This document shows positions 7,181 to 12,865 of a stretch of 12,865 nucleotides of DNA, piece after piece. The translations under genes were made by a program, and so were the position numbers. Each line of letters opens with the position of its first letter. Positions within the stretch are counted from its first letter, which is position 1. The notes under the pieces were generated by a model, which saw only the letters and a list, made by a program, of their open reading frames with translations, was not told where the DNA came from and made no database searches. This DNA comes from Candidatus Bathyarchaeum sp. (lineage in GTDB: Archaea; Thermoproteota; Bathyarchaeia; Bathyarchaeales; Bathyarchaeaceae), in contig JAOZIF010000082.1 of assembly GCA_026014495.1 (NCBI GenBank), positions 1 to 12,865 of the forward strand. Reading direction: 5' to 3'.

Positions 7181-9778
7181 TTATGCAAATTTCTTGACCA
7201 AATACTTTGCGTTACCCTCAGTTATTCCTAGTTCCTTAGCAATTTTGATGGGGGCTTTGTTGTTTTTCTTAACAACTTCAAGTAATTCAGTCTCTATCCC
7301 TTTCACAGACAACAAAGTTTCAACAACTTTGTCAGGGTTAACACCAATTGAGCCCAAGTGCATTGTTAAGAATTTTAGAAAATCTTTCCCCAGATCACTT
7401 GGTGCTTGACCACAAATTCCTACAGTTCTTTCAGGACTCATGGAGTGCGCGCCTTCGCAAAGCATTTCGATTGCTTTGGTCACAGCAGGGTTTGACTCAT
7501 CAAATGCCCAAGCGATTTTTTCACTATCACGATCGATTCCAAGAGTTAACTGAGTGAGGTCATTGCTTCCTATGCTGAAACCGTTGCAGTATTCAGAGAA
7601 TATTTTTGGAATAATACAGATGCTTGGAACTTCAGCCATGAAAATGATGTCAGGTATTTTTAGTCCCTTTTTCTTGAAAGCGTTTTTGACTAAATCAGTT
7701 ACTTTTTGCGCTTCAATAGTCGTCCTTACGAAGGGTATCATTGGAACAGCATTTGTCAACCCTAATTTGTGTACTTCTGTGAAAGCTTCTAGTTCTAGTG
7801 CATATGCTTCGCAGAAGAACTCGTCGATGTATCTTGAGGCGCCTCTGAAACCAATCATAGGATTGCTTTCTTGGAACTCAAGTTCGACCTTGTTAATCTC
7901 GATTGCTGCTGAATTGCAGATAGGACATTTCTTCTGGGGTATCAGAGATAGACTTTTGCCACACTTGCAACTTATGTCATAGTATACTGCTCCAGGAAGA
8001 GAAGCGTATTCGTTTGTTTTAAAATCAGAGAACCGTACAATAATTTTGCGTGGTTTAAACGCAGCAGCAATTATTGATATGCCAGTCTGTAGCCTTTTGA
8101 TGTATTCAGTGGCCAAAGAGTTGATGAAGGGGTATTTTTTCTTGATGTCATCAGCCCATCGTTCAGGACCAAGTTTGTCGGCTCTCAAAGCAAACACAGG
8201 ATGCAATTCTGTATTTACTACAACAAATTCGATTCGAACAAGAGAACTACCCTGAGATGGAAGCTGACTTATATGCAAAGCTTCGTCAGGGGTGCCGATG
8301 TTAACCATAATTTTTGTTATAGTTTCTGGAATTTCCTTTAGCTCAACCTCTTGTACCTCAAAAGGTAGTTCACCCGCGAATATTCTCGCTTGGCCAGCTG
8401 AACAATCGAGGGTAATTTTGTCGCCATCATCTAAGTTAAGGGCACCAACAGCGCCGACAGCACATGGAATCCCTCGTTCTCTAGAAACTATAGCAGCATG
8501 AGAGGTACGGTTGCCTCTTTCACAGATTAAAGCAGAAACTTTGTCAAGACTCATAACAACTTCCCAGTCAGGCGTAGTCATTGAGGTAACAAGCATCGGC
8601 TTCATGCCCTTCTTGTTGAACTCCGCAATTTCTTTTACTGCTTCCTCAGGAGTTTCTGCCTTAGCGACAACTCCTGAAGAAATCTTTGTGCCAACTGGGA
8701 TACCAATGTAAAGCGGAGACACTTTTGGTTCTACTTTAAGTTTGAACAGAGTCAACACGGTTCGGGTAGCATGAACAGTCTCTGGTCGCGCCTGCGTTAT
8801 GAAAACTTTGCCATTCTCGACTGCATACTCTACATCCATTGGCTTTTTGTAGTTCTTTTCGATTGTTGTAACGTGATTTGCAACCTGAGTTGCCTCATCA
8901 AAAGTTATGACCCGAGGATCACGCTCACCAACTGGAACGTCACGATTCGATTTGCTTTTCGCGTCATAAATCATCATTTCTTTTTGTGAGTCCCTAGGTG
9001 GAATAGTTCCAAGAACTTTGACTTTAGGTTCTTTAACAAATCCAGTCCAAGAAGCGCTTTCTTTTCCTTGTACTATCATTTCGCCTAAACCATAAACTGC
9101 CTGAATAACACCAACATTACGGTTACCAGTGTTTGGGTCTATTGAGAAAGCAACCCCAGACTTTTCTGAGTCAATCATTGTCTGGATAACAACAGAGATT
9201 AAACCTTGATCAAGCAAGTCAGCTTCTGACAGGTCTAGAATCTTCTTCTTTCTCAAATCTTGCCTGTAATCTATAACTCGCCACCCAAAGGCAGAAGCAA
9301 TACACTTCAAAACGTATTTAATTACATTTGAAGAATCTAAGGGAACGTTAAGATATGTTTCAAATTGTCCAGCGAAAGCGGCGGTAGCCATGTCTTCGGT
9401 AATTCCAGAGCTTCTAACAGCTACCCTGTTACGTCCAACCCGCTCTTTCATCATAACAATTTTTTTCTCTAATAACGCAATGAGTTCAGGTTGGGTCTTT
9501 ATGTTTTCGATGACGTTTACTATTTTCTTTGCAACCTTTTTAGACTCGTCTTCATCGTCTTTAGCCAGTGTAGCATCTAATTCCTTTACTAATTCTACAA
9601 TCTTTGGGTCATGAAGTAGCACCTTCGCGAATTCCGTGGTAACCATTACCGCATAGGGAACGTTGTCTTTTCCCAAGATATGGAATAGTTTAGCTAGATT
9701 AGCACCCTTTCCACCGGTAAATCGTCCATCAGCAGCAATCTTTTCTTCGATATTAACAATCAAATTTTCAGAAACCAT
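7181..9778 (-). CDS. ppsA: Phosphoenolpyruvate synthase / pyruvate,water dikinase with extra Cys4 insert and C-terminal extension
   Basis: ATP-grasp domain (GGKGANL, AVRSS, FAGQFETYLNV, GLGE, QARPET), phospho-His domain (RTSHAAIVSRE) and PEP-binding domain (RFSDFKTNEY, NPMIGFRGASRY, FSIGSNDLTQLTLG, GICGQAPSD). ATG 9778 lies 6 nt after GGGGT. Confidence 0.93.
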   Translation of the reverse strand: MVSENLIVNIEEKIAADGRFTGGKGANLAKLFHILGKDNVPYAVMVTTEFAKVLLHDPKIVELVKELDATLAKDDEDESKKVAKKIVNVIENIKTQPELIALLEKKIVMMKERVGRNRVAVRSSGITEDMATAAFAGQFETYLNVPLDSSNVIKYVLKCIASAFGWRVIDYRQDLRKKKILDLSEADLLDQGLISVVIQTMIDSEKSGVAFSIDPNTGNRNVGVIQAVYGLGEMIVQGKESASWTGFVKEPKVKVLGTIPPRDSQKEMMIYDAKSKSNRDVPVGERDPRVITFDEATQVANHVTTIEKNYKKPMDVEYAVENGKVFITQARPETVHATRTVLTLFKLKVEPKVSPLYIGIPVGTKISSGVVAKAETPEEAVKEIAEFNKKGMKPMLVTSMTTPDWEVVMSLDKVSALICERGNRTSHAAIVSRERGIPCAVGAVGALNLDDGDKITLDCSAGQARIFAGELPFEVQEVELKEIPETITKIMVNIGTPDEALHISQLPSQGSSLVRIEFVVVNTELHPVFALRADKLGPERWADDIKKKYPFINSLATEYIKRLQTGISIIAAAFKPRKIIVRFSDFKTNEYASLPGAVYYDISCKCGKSLSLIPQKKCPICNSAAIEINKVELEFQESNPMIGFRGASRYIDEFFCEAYALELEAFTEVHKLGLTNAVPMIPFVRTTIEAQKVTDLVKNAFKKKGLKIPDIIFMAEVPSICIIPKIFSEYCNGFSIGSNDLTQLTLGIDRDSEKIAWAFDESNPAVTKAIEMLCEGAHSMSPERTVGICGQAPSDLGKDFLKFLTMHLGSIGVNPDKVVETLLSVKGIETELLEVVKKNNKAPIKIAKELGITEGNAKYLVKKFA

Positions 9779-9893
9779 ATTCAAACCCCATAATATCCAT
9801 TAATCAATTCATGAATATCAAACAAAGTAAGGAGCCTCTCGTTCTTGCAAGTCCCGCCCTCATGGGTAGACCCCTGCAAATTTACTCCCTCAA

Positions 9894-10391
9894 CTAATCT
9901 CCAAGTTTCTCTATTACTACGCGACAGGGTGTAGGTAATTTGGCGCCTCCCCGTTTTAGCGCCAAAGTTGCAAATTCAAGACCATCTTCGTTTACGTTAG
10001 CTAGTATAAGTGATTGACCAATTTTGACGCGGGCTGCAAGTCCGATGGCTTTTCCGAAAGCATTTCGCATTCCATCTTGAAGTCGATCCGCGTGGGCTCC
10101 AAAAATCATTTTGTTTTCCCTAAGCACAACATGCGGAAAAGGTAAAACTTTGAGAAGATAATTATTTCCCAGTTTGTCTGAAAGAACCCTGTTAGAGGCT
10201 ATACGTGCAGCCTCCAAAGCGTTGTGTCTAACCTGAACATTCTTCTCAGCGATCAGGCGGGCTTGATACTTGTAAGTACCTGATGGGTTGCCCATAGTGA
10301 ATTTTACTATTTTGGAAGCCGGGGATCCGCGGATATACTTCTTTCGCGTATAGGCTTGACCCTTTACTTCCCGGTAGTTACGAGCCTTCAT
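9894..10391 (-). CDS. rpl10e: 50S ribosomal protein L10e (uL16)
   Basis: YTRKKYIRG, QVRHNALEAARIA, HVVLRENKM and GAHADRLQDGMRNAFGK. Confidence 0.97.
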   Translation of the reverse strand: MKARNYREVKGQAYTRKKYIRGSPASKIVKFTMGNPSGTYKYQARLIAEKNVQVRHNALEAARIASNRVLSDKLGNNYLLKVLPFPHVVLRENKMIFGAHADRLQDGMRNAFGKAIGLAARVKIGQSLILANVNEDGLEFATLALKRGGAKLPTPCRVVIEKLGD

Positions 10392-10434
10392 TGTCTATTC
10401 CTCATCTGCTCTGCCCATCATAGTTAAACAGATA

Positions 10435-10443
10435 TTATAAAAA
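10435..10443 (-). promoter_or_regulatory. TATA box for rpl10e (TTTTTATAA)
   Basis: Strong TATA match about 50 nt upstream of ATG 10391, downstream of the ksgA T-tracts. Confidence 0.6.
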
Positions 10444-10471
10444 CTATTCTGTATAGGAAATATTGTTTTGG

Positions 10472-10487
10472 AAAAAAACGGAAAAAA
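10472..10487 (-). terminator. Tandem oligo-T terminator after ksgA (T6-CCG-T7)
   Basis: Two T runs on the minus strand about 105 nt after the ksgA stop. Confidence 0.55.
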
Positions 10488-10590
10488 CAGCAAATTCTAA
10501 AGGATGTCATAAGGGTCAGCAGGGAATGGCATTCATCGCGAATTGCTATTGAAAGCATATCGCATTATTCTAGTTTTAATCCCAACAGGT

Positions 10591-11421
10591 CTAAAGCTTT
10601 TTGAGAAGCTCGTTGGTTAAAATCCCAAAGTCCTCTGGCGCCAACTCCCGTACCCTCTTCGTGCTATAAACCATAGAATCAGCCAGATTTACCGCGTCTT
10701 TTCCAGTTATTTCCCGTTTACGTAAGAAGAGAATCAACGCGTTTCGTACCTTCTTGTTTCGCTGAGTGAAAAGGGTTCTAACAAGCTCAAAAAAGAGTGA
10801 TTCATCATCCACTTTGAAAGGAGGAGCTCTAGGAGTTAGGCGAACAATCATGGAGTCCACATCTGGCGGAGGATAAAACAGCGTTCTTGGAACGTAATCT
10901 AGAAGCTCCACTTCAGCATGATAGTAAATCGTAACGGTTAGCCGCCCATAATCTTTGGTTCCAACAAAAGCAGCCAATCGCTCTGCAAATTCTTTTTGTA
11001 AAACCAGAACTGCAAAGTCAAACTTATTTTCTAGAAGACGGAAAAGAAGCGGAGACGAAATAGAGTAGGGAGGAGTAGAGACAACCTTATTGAATTGGGG
11101 AAGAGAAACTTTGAGGATGTCTCCTTCTATCAATTCTACGTTCTGCAGGCCGGGAAGCTGTTTTCTCAAAAAGCTTACAAGCGGGGGGTCAACCTCGACT
11201 GCGACAACTTTTTTGCAGCCACTAGAAAGAAGTTGCGTCAGAAAGCCAAATCCTGCTCCAACTTCTAAAACAACGTCATCCTTAGTTAAACAAGCATGTG
11301 ATACTAAACGCTCCAATAGTTCAGAATCGGCTGTAAAGTTTTGGCCCAACCGTTTTTTTGGGAAAAAGCCGTAAAGACGAAGAAGATGCTTCGTCCGCCT
11401 AACAAGATCACTTCTTTCCAC
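10591..11421 (-). CDS. rsmA: KsgA/RsmA/Dim1 SSU rRNA adenine (di)methyltransferase with atypical motif IV
   Basis: KKRLGQNF, EVGAGFGFLT, VEVD, GDILK, LQKEFAERL, YGRLTV, FYPPPDVDS and FTQRNKKVRNAL. The GTG start overlaps the DUF655 TAG by 1 nt. Confidence 0.93.
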   Translation of the reverse strand: MERSDLVRRTKHLLRLYGFFPKKRLGQNFTADSELLERLVSHACLTKDDVVLEVGAGFGFLTQLLSSGCKKVVAVEVDPPLVSFLRKQLPGLQNVELIEGDILKVSLPQFNKVVSTPPYSISSPLLFRLLENKFDFAVLVLQKEFAERLAAFVGTKDYGRLTVTIYYHAEVELLDYVPRTLFYPPPDVDSMIVRLTPRAPPFKVDDESLFFELVRTLFTQRNKKVRNALILFLRKREITGKDAVNLADSMVYSTKRVRELAPEDFGILTNELLKKL

Positions 11422-11984
11422 TAGGGTGCTCTCGTGAATAATCTATATTTGCTGTCGCCAGCAAGTTCTTCCAAAATTCTCCTTGTAATTAGCTTTGAAG
11501 GGTTAGGCATGTTTGCGCGGTTCTGCAAATCTTCCAAGTTCTGGAAAGGTCGCCTTTCTCGTTCATCAATAATCTGCCACATGTACTTCTTGCCGATGCC
11601 CGGAATCAATTCTAAGGCATGCATTCTAGGAGTTATGGCCTGAGCGGTGTTAAAAAAGTTAACGAACCATTTTTCTCGATTAATCACTATTTTTTCTATG
11701 GTTCCAGAAAGTTCCATCTTAGCATTGGATGTTAAATCGTCATAGTTTATTCGTCCAATGATATAGGTTATTTTTCTACGAGAATCCTTTCCAACGTAAA
11801 CTCTATCAGCTGTTTTGAGAACAGTACCTTCTCTAGCGATTGCCTCAAGGAAAGTGAAGTATTCTTCACCAACCACCTGAACTAAAGCGCCTGCTCGATA
11901 CCCTGGATGAGTTCCTGGTCTTCCATGAAGAAGATAATCCAGAACATAAGCGTACTCTTCGTATCTCTTCTCGCTCCTTTCCAC
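11421..11984 (-). CDS. DUF655 family protein (predicted nucleic-acid binding, HhH motif)
   Basis: YAYVLDYL, GEEYFTFLE, VYVGK, ITPRMHALELIPGIGKK and ERRPFQNLEDL. It sits in the usual slot between rpoF and ksgA. Confidence 0.9.
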   Translation of the reverse strand: MERSEKRYEEYAYVLDYLLHGRPGTHPGYRAGALVQVVGEEYFTFLEAIAREGTVLKTADRVYVGKDSRRKITYIIGRINYDDLTSNAKMELSGTIEKIVINREKWFVNFFNTAQAITPRMHALELIPGIGKKYMWQIIDERERRPFQNLEDLQNRANMPNPSKLITRRILEELAGDSKYRLFTRAP

Positions 11985-12025
11985 TCTTTCCCCGCCCCCG
12001 AAATGGTAACAATTAGTTTATAGAC

Positions 12026-12040
12026 AGTATATAATTAAAA
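12026..12040 (-). promoter_or_regulatory. Putative internal promoter for DUF655-ksgA (TTTTAATTATATAC region)
   Basis: AT-rich TTATATA about 45 nt upstream of GTG 11984, in the 62-bp gap after rpoF. Confidence 0.4.
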
Positions 12041-12046
12041 GGTCAT

Positions 12047-12385
12047 TTATTCCTTTTTTCTATACTTGTTCAAAAAAAGCAAAATTTTTTCTAGTTTAGA
12101 GGATTCAATTATCTTGCGACCGCCCGCCAAAAATACTCTTAGCTCTTGGATGCTTTTAGGCATGGCATTTATTATCTGCACAGCCTCTCCTTCTTCAACT
12201 TCAAATGTTTCAACGAGCTCTTTCAAAACAGTGTCCACTTTATCAGAATCAACTTTTGCGAATTTTGTCGCATAATCGAGTGATCGTCTCTGAAACTGGT
12301 CAAGTCGCTCCTCACCTATAGTTTCCAAGGCTTCTTTCACTTGCGGAATCGTAATAGTGCGTTCCTTCAGAGCCTTTCGCGCCAT
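12047..12385 (-). CDS. rpoF: DNA-directed RNA polymerase subunit F (Rpo4)
   Basis: ITIPQVKEAL, QRRSLDYATKF, AVQIINAMPKSIQELRVFL. Follows rpl21e and has a GGAGG SD. Confidence 0.92.
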   Translation of the reverse strand: MARKALKERTITIPQVKEALETIGEERLDQFQRRSLDYATKFAKVDSDKVDTVLKELVETFEVEEGEAVQIINAMPKSIQELRVFLAGGRKIIESSKLEKILLFLNKYRKKE

Positions 12386-12387
12386 TT

Positions 12388-12687
12388 TTATTCCTCCTTG
12401 TGAGGCGTAATATGCTCTGGGCGAACAATTATTTCCTTGATTGCTTTACCTTGGGATACATTAACGACGTAACTTTTCCCCCTCTTCTCAGCGATAACGC
12501 CGATTCTGCCATGAAATCTTCTGTGAGGCATACCCTTATGAACACTAGGGTCTAGTTTGATCACAACTTTTTCAGCAGGCTCATAATCACGTAACAACTT
12601 GCTGAGTCCTGTTTTTCCTCGTTCTCTAGGTTTCCTCTTTAGGAGGTAACGGGTTTTTCTACGGTAACCTTTCGCTTTTCTTCCCAA
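12388..12687 (-). CDS. rpl21e: 50S ribosomal protein L21e
   Basis: KGYRRKTR, GMPHRRFHGRIG and IIVRPEHI. TTG 12687 follows a GGAGG SD, 1 nt after the pus10 stop, and is preferred over the ORF-track start at 12711. Confidence 0.97.
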   Translation of the reverse strand: MGRKAKGYRRKTRYLLKRKPRERGKTGLSKLLRDYEPAEKVVIKLDPSVHKGMPHRRFHGRIGVIAEKRGKSYVVNVSQGKAIKEIIVRPEHITPHKEE

Positions 12688-12688
12688 C

Positions 12689-12865
12689 TTAAGATTCCTC
12701 CAGTATAACATTTAAAACGTCCAACTCAAGAGGTTTTGCTTTAGCGTTGATAATAGAGGCTACACTAGGGATTGTTCGCCCTTGATCGCCGCTTACCAAC
12801 TCTTTAATATAAAGCCCTCCTTGGCAACGTATTTTCATCTCTGCGCGGTTAGGTGCCAACCTCTT
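12689..12865 (-). CDS. pus10: tRNA pseudouridine(54/55) synthase Pus10, 3' end only
   Basis: Hand translation: KRLAPNRAEMKIRCQGGLYIKELVSGDQGRTIPSVASIINAKAKPLELDVLNVILEES*. GGLYIKELxxGDxGRTxPS is the Pus10 C-terminal signature. Absent from the ORF track. Confidence 0.93.
   Translation of the reverse strand, partial: KRLAPNRAEMKIRCQGGLYIKELVSGDQGRTIPSVASIINAKAKPLELDVLNVILEES

Noticed and set aside
9816-9832. TATCAA-N5-GTAAGG upstream of ppsA resembling the Thermococcales glycolytic motif TATCAC-N5-GTGATA (TrmB-like)
   Set aside because: Only 8 of 12 positions match, the right arm is poor, and the lineage is different.
9835-9870. CTTGCAA loop resembling a tRNA-Ala anticodon loop
   Set aside because: The flanks do not form an anticodon stem, and there is no T-arm or acceptor stem.
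10395-10421. Mini-ORF MMGRADEE-TAG in frame with and 3 nt before the rpl10e ATG (possible uORF or amber read-through)
   Set aside because: TATA spacing puts the transcription start downstream of both ATGs, and the native L10e N-terminus is already complete.
741-10542. Exact 10-mer TCATCGCGAA shared by two intergenic regions (741-750 and 10533-10542)
   Set aside because: About one chance 10-mer match is expected among ~1.3 kb of intergenic DNA, and the flanks and positions relative to promoters differ.
10500-10545. Fluoride (crcB) riboswitch resemblance on the minus strand (GCGAUG...UUAUGACAUCC)
   Set aside because: The P1 helix cannot form, the pseudoknot is imperfect, and the downstream gene is not fluoride-related.
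11407-11984. DUF655 and ksgA both begin GTG-GAA-AG(A/G)-AG(C/T) (MERS)
   Set aside because: The similarity ends after four codons; most likely coincidence.
1493-12275. Remaining short plus-strand ORFs (e.g. 3138-3533, 5144-5548, 7062-7409, 7554-7982, 11090-11374) and minus-strand 4283-4642
   Set aside because: All are antisense to well-supported conserved genes and lack family motifs.
12688-12720. Looked for SRP RNA between pus10 and rpl21e, where some archaea encode it
   Set aside because: The pus10 stop and rpl21e start are 1 nt apart, leaving no room.

Overview
Archaeal chromosomal window, almost entirely minus-strand, holding a core information-processing gene cluster. The lineage looks TACK-like, plausibly Bathyarchaeia; this is inferred from gene order and protein style, not from a search. 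In transcription order (right to left): pus10 (3' end only), rpl21e, rpoF, DUF655, ksgA/rsmA, rpl10e (uL16), ppsA, dph2, METTL5-like methyltransferase, csl4, rpoL, [plus-strand Mini-III-like RNase III domain gene], DUF99/endonuclease dU, tfs, pcn, priL, [plus-strand 79-aa charged ORF], priS (5' part). The supplied ORF track misses priS and pus10 because both run off the window edges. I found no tRNA, rRNA, CRISPR array, integrase or transposase, and no clearly new multi-gene system. The notable signals are local. KsgA motif IV reads TPPY instead of NLPY. priL appears to start at a non-canonical TTA in a perfect hairpin just behind a strong SD. PEP synthase carries an inserted four-Cys module and an HTH-like tail. 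A small charged ORF separates priL from priS.
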